From an uncultured Eubacteriales bacterium (GTDB lineage: Bacteria; Bacillota_I; Bacilli_A; RFN20; CAG-826): a stretch of DNA of 64,000 nucleotides. The DNA lies in assembly GCA_963652335.1 (NCBI GenBank), contig CAVJSS010000001.1:60-64059 (forward strand), given 5' to 3'. Made by a program: the position numbers and the translations under genes. A model generated the notes under the pieces. That model made no database searches and was not told where the DNA came from. It worked only from the letters and a program-made list of their open reading frames with translations. Numbering within the stretch: position 1 is the first letter of the stretch; each line of letters starts with the position of its first letter. Positions 26,851 through 36,168 of this stretch are shown here, one piece after another.

Positions 26851-27778
26851 GCAAATCAAAGACTTCGAAGATGGATTGACTATCGATACCCAATTCTTGG
26901 TAACGGCCGTCACCAAAGGCGTCAAGGCGGACGGAGGCCGTTATCTAAACGTTACAATCCAGGATTCGTCTGGGACGATCGAAGCCAAAAAATGGAATGT
27001 CACCGAGCAAGATGACGATATATTGGTTCCTGGCAATATCGTTGGGCTTTATGGCCAGGCATACGAATATAAGAACGCGCTGCAGTTTAAAATATTCGAA
27101 GCCGTCAAAGTCAATGCTACGGATATCGATATATCGCGTTTCGTCAAGCCGAGCCCACTTCCAAAGGAAGAATTGATCGCAAAGCTAAACGCTTACCTAG
27201 ATGCGATAAAAGACGAAGAAGTCAAAAAGCTGACTAAGGCTTTGGCAAACAAATTCTATAATGAATACATCACCTATCCTGCAGCGGTAAGGAATCATCA
27301 TGCCTTTGGAAGCGGGCTCTTGTACCATTCCATCACCATGGCGGACGTCGCTTCCAAGATTTGCGATATCTATCCTTCGCTAAATAGGGATTTCCTTATA
27401 GCGGGATGCTTGCTCCACGATATCGGAAAAACCATCGAATTATCCGGTCCTATCGCCACCAAATATACCTTGGAAGGCAGACTGATCGGGCATATATCCA
27501 TAATGCAATCCGAAATCAAGAAGATGGCGGAAGAATTGAATGTTTCCTCCGAAACGTCGATTTTGATGCAGCATATGATCCTTTCCCACCATGGCGTACC
27601 TGAATATGGCTCGGCGGTGGTCCCAATGACAAGAGAGGCTTTAGCCTTATCGACAATCGATAATTTCGATGCCAAAATGCAGGTTCTTGACAATGCTTTG
27701 GAAGGCGTTAAGCCAGGAGAATTCACCCCAAGGATCTTCGCTTTGGAAAATCTATCTTTCTATAAGCCAAACAAATAA
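26843..27778 (+). CDS. yhaM: 3'-5' exoribonuclease YhaM (OB-fold plus HD domain)
   Basis: 311 aa. It has an N-terminal OB-fold and an HD domain (LLHDIGKTIE, HHG). Confidence 0.85.
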   Translation: MSKQIKDFEDGLTIDTQFLVTAVTKGVKADGGRYLNVTIQDSSGTIEAKKWNVTEQDDDILVPGNIVGLYGQAYEYKNALQFKIFEAVKVNATDIDISRFVKPSPLPKEELIAKLNAYLDAIKDEEVKKLTKALANKFYNEYITYPAAVRNHHAFGSGLLYHSITMADVASKICDIYPSLNRDFLIAGCLLHDIGKTIELSGPIATKYTLEGRLIGHISIMQSEIKKMAEELNVSSETSILMQHMILSHHGVPEYGSAVVPMTREALALSTIDNFDAKMQVLDNALEGVKPGEFTPRIFALENLSFYKPNK

Positions 27779-27808
27779 AAAAGGCGGGTGTTGACCCGCC
27801 TTTTATTT
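27777..27808. terminator. Bidirectional terminator between yhaM and hslO
   Basis: GGCGGGT-GTTGA-CCCGCC hairpin flanked by an A-run and a T-run. Confidence 0.8.
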
Positions 27809-28669
27809 CATATCGATGATTTTTTGAATCTCTTTTTTCGAAAAGGAATAGTCTTTTTTGCAAAAATCGCATGTAATGACGATAGGCTTTCCGTCTTCTT
27901 TTATGGAGGCGAGTTCTTCTTTCGATAAAGACGATAAGGCTCTTTCCATCCTTTCTTTCGAACAAGGACATTTATAGGCGACGTCTCTTTTTTCCAATAT
28001 TTCGATATCGAGGCCATCCATTATTTTGTTCAATAGATGCTCAGCGGTTCCTTCTTCTTCCAACACTTTATGTAAATCGCCCATCCAAGATAGGTTCTCT
28101 TCTATCGTTATGACATATGGTTCCGGACAATCTGGCATCAATTGGATGAAGAATCCTCCTGCGATTTTGACTTTCAATGTCTCTTTGTCAAAGACAACCG
28201 CCAATCCCATCGCGGAGGGAGTCTGCTCTGAAGAGGCATAATAGAAGGTAAGATCATCGCCGATCTCTCCGCTTTGAAGAGGAACGGTGGAAGTATAAGG
28301 TTTCTTTAAGCCCATATCTCTGATAACCGTCAAACTACCCTTCCCAATGGCTTCTCCGACCGTTTTCGAATTCATGACCAGTGGATTGGACAAAGTCCCT
28401 CTGACGCTGCCTTTCGAATCGGCGATGGCTATAAGGGAAGACAATTCACCATCTCCGTTTATCCTTAAAGTCAAAGTCTCTTTCTCGCCTTTTAAGGTAT
28501 CGCCCATTAACAAGGCGCCGATCAGAAGCCTTCCCAAAGCCATTCCGGATAATGGCGAGCAGTTATGGATATCGATGGCCTCTTGGACCAATTTGGTGCA
28601 GACGCACGCAAATCCGCGGACGGTTTTGCTTTGATCGCAGGCCCTAAGCAAATAATTATCGGCGGTCAT
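27803..28669 (-). CDS. hslO: Redox-regulated chaperone Hsp33
   Basis: 288 aa with the C-terminal zinc motif CPCSKE...CDFCKK. Confidence 0.9.
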   Translation of the reverse strand: MTADNYLLRACDQSKTVRGFACVCTKLVQEAIDIHNCSPLSGMALGRLLIGALLMGDTLKGEKETLTLRINGDGELSSLIAIADSKGSVRGTLSNPLVMNSKTVGEAIGKGSLTVIRDMGLKKPYTSTVPLQSGEIGDDLTFYYASSEQTPSAMGLAVVFDKETLKVKIAGGFFIQLMPDCPEPYVITIEENLSWMGDLHKVLEEEGTAEHLLNKIMDGLDIEILEKRDVAYKCPCSKERMERALSSLSKEELASIKEDGKPIVITCDFCKKDYSFSKKEIQKIIDMK

Positions 28670-29078
28670 TTAAGGCTTCCTTTAGCTTTTCGCATCTTTC
28701 TCCGATCGCTTCGAAATTCGGCTCATGATCGGAGAAGACGATATTCAAACCGTCGTTTTCGCCATAACGAGGCAGAACATGGACATGGAAATGAATGACG
28801 GATTGGCCTGCGGCTTCTTTGGCATTGGTCAATATGTTGACCCCTAAAGCTCCAAAGGCCTTGATTTCGGCCTTGGCGACCATCTGAGCCACTTCAAAGA
28901 CCTTGTCTAGCAAATACTTTGGGCAATCCAAAATCGACTCGCAGTGGGCTTTAGGCATGACTAAGGCGTGTCCTTTGGTGCATTGAGAAATGTCCATAAT
29001 GGCCAAGACATCATCATCTTCGTATATTTTCGTCGAAGGTATCTCTCCTTTGATTATTCTGCAAAATACGTCTTCCAT
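28656..29078 (-). CDS. HIT-family nucleotide hydrolase
   Basis: 140 aa with the histidine triad HFHVHVLPR. Confidence 0.9.
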   Translation of the reverse strand: MEDVFCRIIKGEIPSTKIYEDDDVLAIMDISQCTKGHALVMPKAHCESILDCPKYLLDKVFEVAQMVAKAEIKAFGALGVNILTNAKEAAGQSVIHFHVHVLPRYGENDGLNIVFSDHEPNFEAIGERCEKLKEALNDRR

Positions 29079-29103
29079 AGATTACTCCTTATAAGATAAA
29101 GAA

Positions 29104-29125
29104 AGAGGTGGCTTTAACCACCTCT
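29104..29125 (-). terminator. Hairpin terminator after the 29141-32813 lipoprotein pair
   Basis: 8-bp stem AGAGGTGG / CCACCTCT with a 6-nt loop. The plus-strand sequence upstream is A-rich, which gives a U-rich tail on the minus strand. Confidence 0.55.
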
Positions 29126-29140
29126 AACTATATCAGTTTT

Positions 29141-30802
29141 TCATTCAAAGAGAGACGGGAAGGTCTTCTTGAAATATTCGTAGACGCTGGTGTCGTGGTA
29201 GATGAGCATCATTTTCTCGACCCAATATTTGTTGGAATCGGTCTTATAGGTGTCAGAGCTAGCCAAGAGGGAAGCGATTTGACGAGCGATGTGCTCGGCA
29301 ACGAATTCGACTCCGCGGGCAGTATCGTAATAATTGTCGTCGCTGGCATTCAATTTCGAAGACATGACGGCTTCCTCTACCTTGACGAAATAATAGGTTC
29401 CGCTGTCGTTGATGATGTATGGATATTGATTGGAGGTTTCGAATTTCTCCGGAATCACGTAATATCCGCCATTGCGGACATATCCATAACGGCCGTTAAC
29501 GGTCTTCTCGTTATCGACTTCCTGGGCGACGGTGATTTTGAACAAACGTGTCGAGATATCGCTAGGGACGACGGATCCGATGCCGCTTTGGTTATACCAA
29601 CCATGAGTGGTGGAATCGGTGGCCATCAACGAATTCTTCTTGATTTGAAGGCCTGTTTTGGCTGTATAGGCGCCAGAATTGGTGAAATCGGTCAAAACGG
29701 AAGAATCATCGGCCGTGTTGTCGTAGATCTTAAGATAATCGGCGACGTATCCGCCAAAGGTTGATTCCTTATATATTGTGGTTCCGGCATAAGTTCCGTT
29801 ATCAGCGAGGAATTTCGCATAGACGGAATCGGTATCGGAATAGGCGTTCCAGCCGGCGTCGGCATATATCTTATTCACCAATGTTGAATTGGCGTATCCG
29901 GCAACGACTTCAGGGATGCCTTTATAAAGATCGTCCAAGAAGGTAAAGTCATAAACGGACATGTCGACATTGGAATCTTCGATGACGTTCTTGGCGTAGG
30001 ATGTGACCAATCTCTTGGTCGCATCGGCGTAAGAAGTGTTATCCGCCAATTTGATGACGTCGATCTTACGGGCATAGGAGAGACCTAAGGAACGATAGTT
30101 GACGGTGTAGAGATATTGGGAAACCAACATATCGCGATAGATATCAGGAAGGACCGCGATATCGATATATTCCTTATAAGTTACGAAGAGGTTTTTGAAA
30201 TAAGGAGTCATTTCATATGAAGTAGGAGTTTCTTGGACTCTGAATGAGCCTTTTACGTTCACGGCTTCTTCATAATATTCGCTTCCGAGGTTGTAGTTGT
30301 TCTTCACTTGGGCATCATAGAACTTCCTTTCGATGAATTGGGAACGTTCTTGATAGCTGGTGTTGGTCATAAAACCATGGAAGACTTTTTTGACTGCGAC
30401 CATGAAATCGGTGAAGGTGTTGATGAGTTTGGCGGTTGAGCCCTTGCCGTTTTTGTCATGATAGACGGAATGCTCATCGGCGATCTTTTGGAGATTGGCG
30501 GCGTTATTGTTGTCATAGGCGTCTTTGATGGCCCAGAAATCGCCATATAGGGATTGAGAATAGAGCTTGGTGATGTTTTTGAGGACTTTTTCGGAATTGG
30601 AATCGCCTTCGTTCACCAAAGCGTCGTAAATTTGTTTCATCGTGTTGTTTTGGATTTCTGAATCATCTCCAAAATCAAGGATGGAAGCCTTGTCATATTC
30701 GTCTTCGGTTGGGTGGGCGATGACATCGCTGCAAGAAGTCAATCCCCCTAACAGAAGAAGCGAGCTTGCCCCTAAGAACAATTTCTTAAATTTATTTGAC
30801 AT
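29141..30802 (-). CDS. Large lipoprotein, tentatively a PrsA/SurA-like foldase
   Basis: 553 aa with lipobox GGLTSC. A chaperone-like N-terminal region and a degenerate parvulin-like end (GTYYFVKVEEA) are present. The function is tentative. Confidence 0.6.
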   Translation of the reverse strand: MSNKFKKLFLGASSLLLLGGLTSCSDVIAHPTEDEYDKASILDFGDDSEIQNNTMKQIYDALVNEGDSNSEKVLKNITKLYSQSLYGDFWAIKDAYDNNNAANLQKIADEHSVYHDKNGKGSTAKLINTFTDFMVAVKKVFHGFMTNTSYQERSQFIERKFYDAQVKNNYNLGSEYYEEAVNVKGSFRVQETPTSYEMTPYFKNLFVTYKEYIDIAVLPDIYRDMLVSQYLYTVNYRSLGLSYARKIDVIKLADNTSYADATKRLVTSYAKNVIEDSNVDMSVYDFTFLDDLYKGIPEVVAGYANSTLVNKIYADAGWNAYSDTDSVYAKFLADNGTYAGTTIYKESTFGGYVADYLKIYDNTADDSSVLTDFTNSGAYTAKTGLQIKKNSLMATDSTTHGWYNQSGIGSVVPSDISTRLFKITVAQEVDNEKTVNGRYGYVRNGGYYVIPEKFETSNQYPYIINDSGTYYFVKVEEAVMSSKLNASDDNYYDTARGVEFVAEHIARQIASLLASSDTYKTDSNKYWVEKMMLIYHDTSVYEYFKKTFPSLFE

Positions 30803-32813
30803 AGTAGCATCTTCCTCCTTTCTCCCAATCGTCTCCGGTGTGTTCGGAATAGCCGATCGCGCAGACTTCGCTAAGCATGCGGCCTTTATCGGTGGCGTTG
30901 CCTTCGAAGCTCCCGCCTTCGCTGCCCCAATCGAAAGTCAAGCTACGATCGTAATTTTGGGCTTCGATCATTTCGGCGTAGGTCTTCCAGGCGTTCTGCC
31001 AGGTTTCGAAGTTGCCATCGGAAGTGGATTGACGTTGAGTCTTGGAATAGATTTGGATACGTTTTTCCATATTGGCATCGCTGAATTTGATCTGCCCGCT
31101 TTCGACCAAGCCTTGGAAGATATAAGTGCTTAATGAGGTGTTATAGGATTTTACCAAATCAAGCAACGAGGTCTTTCTTGAGGTCCAGTCTGATGTCTGC
31201 TGCCTATTGTAGTTGATATAGGTTGTCATCGCATTGCCTTCGCTATCGGTCGGATAGCCGGTCTCATTCGGCGTTTTGCCCAATACATAATATTGGCTTA
31301 AGGTCGCGACATTGGCGTCTTGGGTATCGGTGCCGTTTCCATAAAGGTCAAGGCCGGAACGTTGGACGACGATGAAGTGGATGCCTTCATAGGAGGAAGA
31401 ACCGGCTCTGACGGCGAGGATGATGTGTCCTTCGTCATCGGTTAAGACATTGCTTCCGATATTTGGCAATTGGGCACTGGTATCGTTTTGGAACCCAGGA
31501 AGGGCGGCATATTTGGCCGATTTGATTCCGACTTCGGAATCGACATCCACGGAAGAATCGTTATAGGCTATTTCGTTTGGGGTGATGACGGCGATGTTGT
31601 GCTTATTGAAATATTTGTTGAACAAAATGTTTCTCGGATAGAACACCTCGCGGTTGCCTTCGTTGACGATGGCGCCGTTTTTATCGGTGGTGATCTTGGC
31701 GGCCTTCAACATGGCGACGGCAGCCCCATATGGGATTTGGCCAATGCCCTGATCTTTGAAAAATTGGTTGATGGTGGTGCCGGTATCATCCAATTTCTGG
31801 TTTACGTCGACATCGTTTGCGTCAGTGGCGGATTCTTTAAGGCCCGGGGTGATCGTGGCGATGTTGTCTTGGGCATATTTGGTGGTATTGGCTTTGTTAT
31901 AAAGCGATTCGTAGGCATAAGTGCCAAGGCGGAATTCGTTTACGTAGTTGATGCCATTGCCAGAACGGGCGGTCATCAAATCGATTTCGCCGAAGTCAGC
32001 GCCGGAAGCGGTGTCATCGGAAGAAGAGAAAGCGATTTCGCCGAAGGTTTCGCGTCCGGATGCGGAAGTAGTGGAACCGGTAGTGGTATCGGCGCCAGCC
32101 AAACGCATGATCGTCGTGGCCAATTTGGTAGCTTCCCCGGCTGCATTGGTGCTAGGCTCGGAAATCTTGCCTTGGGTATATTCGCCGGAAGCGGCGGAAA
32201 CCTTGACCAAGATATGGCGGATTTGATAAGGGATTTCCTCTCTTAAGAATCCTTTGTTGCTCTTGCCGTATTTTTCATTGGCGGAGAAAAGGAGATTGTC
32301 CGAGGTCAAGCCTTCGCTGGAACCATCACGCATGGCGTCGCGGTTGTTGTCGTTATAGTCTTGCTCGAATTGTTCTTTTTCCCTTTGGTAAAGGTGATAC
32401 TGCTTGAGTTGGTCGATGTTGTCGACTCCGGCAGCGTCTAGGATGGCTTCGAATTCAGCCTCGTAAGTGGTGTTGTTCGAATCGGCGTTGTTCTGAGCGC
32501 GGGTTTTGTCGTTTTCGACGTCATAATCGGCTTCCTTGGTCAAACGTTCCAAGTCAGATTTTTTGTCTGCGCTGAGATAATATTTACGAACCAAGACTTC
32601 ATAGACTTTATCGAATTCGGTTGAGGCAGATGCACCAGCCTCCTGATAACTCTCCAATAATTCTTTCGCCGTATAGGACACCACGTTTCCCAAAGCGTCG
32701 GTATAGGTCATGACGCTTCCATTCGACGAAGGAACAGCCTGATCGCAGCCGACGACGGCCGCAGCCGTGGTCAGCAATGTCAAGAGGCTAAGAGCGGTAT
32801 TACGTTTTTTCAT
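30792..32813 (-). CDS. Large lipoprotein, tentatively a PrsA-like protein with a degenerate parvulin domain
   Basis: 673 aa with lipobox AVVGC. Parvulin-like strands are IRHILVKV and YEGIHFIVVQR. It overlaps the downstream lipoprotein gene by 11 nt. Confidence 0.6.
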   Translation of the reverse strand: MKKRNTALSLLTLLTTAAAVVGCDQAVPSSNGSVMTYTDALGNVVSYTAKELLESYQEAGASASTEFDKVYEVLVRKYYLSADKKSDLERLTKEADYDVENDKTRAQNNADSNNTTYEAEFEAILDAAGVDNIDQLKQYHLYQREKEQFEQDYNDNNRDAMRDGSSEGLTSDNLLFSANEKYGKSNKGFLREEIPYQIRHILVKVSAASGEYTQGKISEPSTNAAGEATKLATTIMRLAGADTTTGSTTSASGRETFGEIAFSSSDDTASGADFGEIDLMTARSGNGINYVNEFRLGTYAYESLYNKANTTKYAQDNIATITPGLKESATDANDVDVNQKLDDTGTTINQFFKDQGIGQIPYGAAVAMLKAAKITTDKNGAIVNEGNREVFYPRNILFNKYFNKHNIAVITPNEIAYNDSSVDVDSEVGIKSAKYAALPGFQNDTSAQLPNIGSNVLTDDEGHIILAVRAGSSSYEGIHFIVVQRSGLDLYGNGTDTQDANVATLSQYYVLGKTPNETGYPTDSEGNAMTTYINYNRQQTSDWTSRKTSLLDLVKSYNTSLSTYIFQGLVESGQIKFSDANMEKRIQIYSKTQRQSTSDGNFETWQNAWKTYAEMIEAQNYDRSLTFDWGSEGGSFEGNATDKGRMLSEVCAIGYSEHTGDDWEKGGRCYYVK

Positions 32814-33003
32814 GTGTTGGATCGCTCCTCCTTAAATAAAAAAAGTTTGCCTTAAAAGAATATTCTCATAAGAGAATGCTTGCAAGACTTATTAAACTCA
32901 TTTGAGAAAAGATGCCATTTATTCAATAAATGCGTATATTTTTATCATATCTTTTGCCACTTTCGTGACGTTATGGCAAAATACACGTCTTCGGAGGAAG
33001 AAT

Positions 33004-33831
33004 ATGGCCAACCTAGAAATCAAAGATCTTCACGTTTCCGTCAAGGGATTGGAAATATTACGTGGCATAAATTTGTCATTGAAAGACGGCGAAACGTTGG
33101 CGTTGCTAGGACCTAATGGCCATGGAAAATCAACATTGTTCGCCGCCATCATGGGAAATCCGATATATGAGATAACCTCTGGAAGCATTGCCGTGGATGG
33201 CAAGGATATTTTGTGTCTGCCAGTCAATGAACGCTCTAAGGCCGGATTGTTTTTGGCGATGCAATACCCATCTGAGATTCCGGGATTGAATTCGGCTGAT
33301 TTCTATAAAGCCGCCATCAACGCCCACCGCGAGAAACCAATCAAATTGTACGAATTCTATTCAAAACTCCAAAAAGCCTATGAAGACGTCGGAATCCCTT
33401 TCGAAATGAGCAACCGCAACCTCAATGAAGGCTTCTCTGGCGGAGAAAAGAAGCGTAACGAGATCTTGCAAATGAGACTATTGGATCCAAACATCGTCAT
33501 GCTGGACGAAATCGATTCCGGGTTGGATGTCGATGCCATGCAAATCGTTGCTAGCGAAATCGAAAAAGAACAGGCAAAAGGAACGGGATTCTTGGTAATT
33601 TCCCATTATGCGAGGCTTTATGAAATGATAAAACCAACCAGGACCGCGATAATCATCAATGGCAAAATAGCCGTCGAGGGTGGTCCTGAATTGATCAAGA
33701 AAGTCGATAGCGAAGGCTATGAATGGATCCAAAAGGAATTGGGCATTTCCGTCGAAAAGGAAATCAACAAGCCAATGAATGACATATCATTGGGAAGCTG
33801 TGCCGCAAGGGTGAACATCAATGGCAAATGA
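33004..33831 (+). CDS. sufC: Fe-S cluster assembly ATPase SufC
   Basis: 275 aa from the ATG at 33004, preceded by a GGAGGA RBS. Walker A GPNGHGKST and signature FSGGEKKR. Confidence 0.9.
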   Translation: MANLEIKDLHVSVKGLEILRGINLSLKDGETLALLGPNGHGKSTLFAAIMGNPIYEITSGSIAVDGKDILCLPVNERSKAGLFLAMQYPSEIPGLNSADFYKAAINAHREKPIKLYEFYSKLQKAYEDVGIPFEMSNRNLNEGFSGGEKKRNEILQMRLLDPNIVMLDEIDSGLDVDAMQIVASEIEKEQAKGTGFLVISHYARLYEMIKPTRTAIIINGKIAVEGGPELIKKVDSEGYEWIQKELGISVEKEINKPMNDISLGSCAARVNINGK

Positions 33832-34513
33832 ACTGATTCAGAAAATAGACGATTTGCCAAAAGAAAAAGAATTCGTGGTGAACGAAAACGGAGAGATTCG
33901 TTTAGAACTCGCGTTTTTCGATAAGGCTCCGAATGGCGTTTTGGCCATTCACGGATCAAAGAATTCCAAAATCAACGTTTACATTTCTGATTTCACGGCG
34001 GATAGCAATAAATTCGACTTGGAAATCAAATTGGACGATGGAGCTGTTGCCGAAGTTAGGATCGCGGTTCTTTGCCATGGTAACGCCAAGAAAATCTATT
34101 CGCCAAATATCGAGCATTTGGCTCCACGTAGCAAAGCTTTGGTCTCTTGCTATGGGATAGCGGCAGATAGCTCAGACCTATCCTTCAAAGGACTTTCTTC
34201 AGTCGACAAAGGAGCCAAAAAAGCCAACACAAGGCAAGAAGCCAAAATCATATTGTTCGATAAATCCGCCAAAGGTGCGGCATCCCCAGCCCTGAAGATA
34301 TCCGAAAACGATATCAAAGCAGGGCATGGAGCATCCATCGGAAGATTGAATGATGAACATCTTTTCTATTTGGAATCAAGAGGACTGAACGAAAGGGAGG
34401 CCAAGCGTTTGATTGTTTTAGGATATCTAAAGCCAATCGTCAGGTTCTATTCCGATAAATCTTTTCAAGAAAAGATAAACGAAGCGATCGAAGGAGGCAT
34501 TTCTCATGATTGA
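33821..34513 (+). CDS. sufD: Fe-S cluster assembly protein SufD (short form)
   Basis: 230 aa. The C-terminal SufBD beta-helix motifs are present (AGHGASIGRLNDEHLFYLESRGL). It sits between sufC and sufS. Confidence 0.8.
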   Translation: MANELIQKIDDLPKEKEFVVNENGEIRLELAFFDKAPNGVLAIHGSKNSKINVYISDFTADSNKFDLEIKLDDGAVAEVRIAVLCHGNAKKIYSPNIEHLAPRSKALVSCYGIAADSSDLSFKGLSSVDKGAKKANTRQEAKIILFDKSAKGAASPALKISENDIKAGHGASIGRLNDEHLFYLESRGLNEREAKRLIVLGYLKPIVRFYSDKSFQEKINEAIEGGISHD

Positions 34514-35735
34514 CGTTAAGAAAATCAGAGAAGATTTCCCAATGTATCGCAATCAGATAAAAATGCAGGGGAAACCTCTTGTTTGGTTGGACAACGCATC
34601 TACCACCTTTAAGCCAGATTGCGTGATTGAAGCGATAACCGACTATTATTCAAAGGAAACGAGCAATTCGCACCGCGGCGATTATGACCTTTGCTACAAC
34701 ATGGACATGAAGGTTTTGGAAACCAGGAAATCCATCGCGAATCTGATTAACGCAAAACCTGAGGAGATAGTGTTCACCTCTGGCACGACCATGTCCATCA
34801 ACCTCATCGCTTTTGGCTATGGGGTCAAATATTTGAAGAATGGTGATGAAATACTTATCACCGAAGCCGAACACGCTTCCAACGCTTTGCCTTGGTTCAA
34901 GGTGGCGGAAATGACTGGAGCGGTTGTCAAAATGATACCTCTTGACGAAAAGGGGAGACTGACTGTCGAAAACCTTAGGAAAACGATCAGCGAAAACACC
35001 AAAATCGTCGCCGTAGCACACGTTACGAATGTGCTTGGATACGTCGCGCCAGTCAAAGAAATCGCCGACATCGCTCATGAATTCGGAGCAATTCTGGCTT
35101 TGGATGGCGCTCAATCCGTTCCTCATATGAAAATAGACGCAAAGGAAATTGGGTGTGATTTCTTGTCATTCTCAGGACATAAAATGTGTGGGCCTACCGG
35201 CATTGGCGTTTTATATGGCCGTTATGACTTATTGGATTCGATGGATCCATTCATGACTGGCGGCGGGATGAACGTCAAATTCGATACGTGCGGAGACATC
35301 TCCTTGTTGCACGCTCCGATGCGTTTTGAAGCCGGAACCCTGAATCTAGCAGGCATAGTTGGATTGAAAACTGCTGTCGATTACATGAATTCGGTCGGTA
35401 TAGAAAACATCCAACGGCATGAAAAGGAATTGAAAAAATACGCGGTGAGGAAGCTGAAAGAAACGGGAAAAGTCACCATATATAACGAAGACAGCCCAAC
35501 CGGGTTAGTGGCTTTCAACATCAATGGCATTTTCGCTCAAGATGCGGCCACGTTCCTCAATTCAAAAGGCATAGCCTGCCGTTCTGGCCAACATTGCGCC
35601 AAAATGTTGAATGATTTTCTCAAAACCGTGGCCACCATCAGAGCTTCTTTCTATTTTTATACGTCAAAAGAAGACATAGATGCTTTAGTCGAAGCCGTCA
35701 AACATGGGGAGGATTTCTTAGATGCCTACTTTTAA
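34506..35735 (+). CDS. sufS: Cysteine desulfurase SufS
   Basis: 409 aa with the PLP lysine motif SGHKMCGPTG and the active-site segment CRSGQHCA. Confidence 0.9.
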   Translation: MIDVKKIREDFPMYRNQIKMQGKPLVWLDNASTTFKPDCVIEAITDYYSKETSNSHRGDYDLCYNMDMKVLETRKSIANLINAKPEEIVFTSGTTMSINLIAFGYGVKYLKNGDEILITEAEHASNALPWFKVAEMTGAVVKMIPLDEKGRLTVENLRKTISENTKIVAVAHVTNVLGYVAPVKEIADIAHEFGAILALDGAQSVPHMKIDAKEIGCDFLSFSGHKMCGPTGIGVLYGRYDLLDSMDPFMTGGGMNVKFDTCGDISLLHAPMRFEAGTLNLAGIVGLKTAVDYMNSVGIENIQRHEKELKKYAVRKLKETGKVTIYNEDSPTGLVAFNINGIFAQDAATFLNSKGIACRSGQHCAKMLNDFLKTVATIRASFYFYTSKEDIDALVEAVKHGEDFLDAYF

Positions 35736-36168
35736 TCTCAATCCGATGATGATGCGTGAGATCATCATGGACCATTATTCTTCTCCATCTCACAAAAAGG
35801 CGCCTAACGATCCTTCGTATAAGGAAATCCATGCCTCTTCGACCAATTGCATCGATGATTTCACTTTGTACTTAAAAAGCGAGAATGGGAGGATTGCCGA
35901 TGCATTATGGGATGGAGTCGCTTGTACTATATCTTCTGCTTCTACCGATATTTTATGTGAGCAAGCAATCGGAAAGAAATACGATGAAGCCAACTATATG
36001 ATCGAGCAGTATTTGAATATGATCGAAGAAAAGCCGTATGATGATTCGGTTTTGGATGAAGCCATCGTTTTCATGAATACCGGAAAGCAGGCTGCCAGGA
36101 TCCATTGTGCGACGATGGGCTGGACCGCTATGAAAGACCTTATCAAGGAAGACAAACAAAATGGCTGA
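35722..36168 (+). CDS. sufU: Fe-S scaffold/sulfurtransferase SufU
   Basis: 148 aa with conserved cysteines in [15 protein letters not shown] and HCATMGW. Confidence 0.9.
   Translation: MPTFNLNPMMMREIIMDHYSSPSHKKAPNDPSYKEIHASSTNCIDDFTLYLKSENGRIADALWDGVACTISSASTDILCEQAIGKKYDEANYMIEQYLNMIEEKPYDDSVLDEAIVFMNTGKQAARIHCATMGWTAMKDLIKEDKQNG

Noticed and set aside
32902-33003. Upstream extension of sufC (the track starts at 32902).
   Set aside because: A GGAGGA RBS precedes the ATG at 33004, and the conserved SufC N-terminus (LEIKDLHV) begins there. The extension is hydrophobic and AT-rich, so it is promoter and leader sequence.
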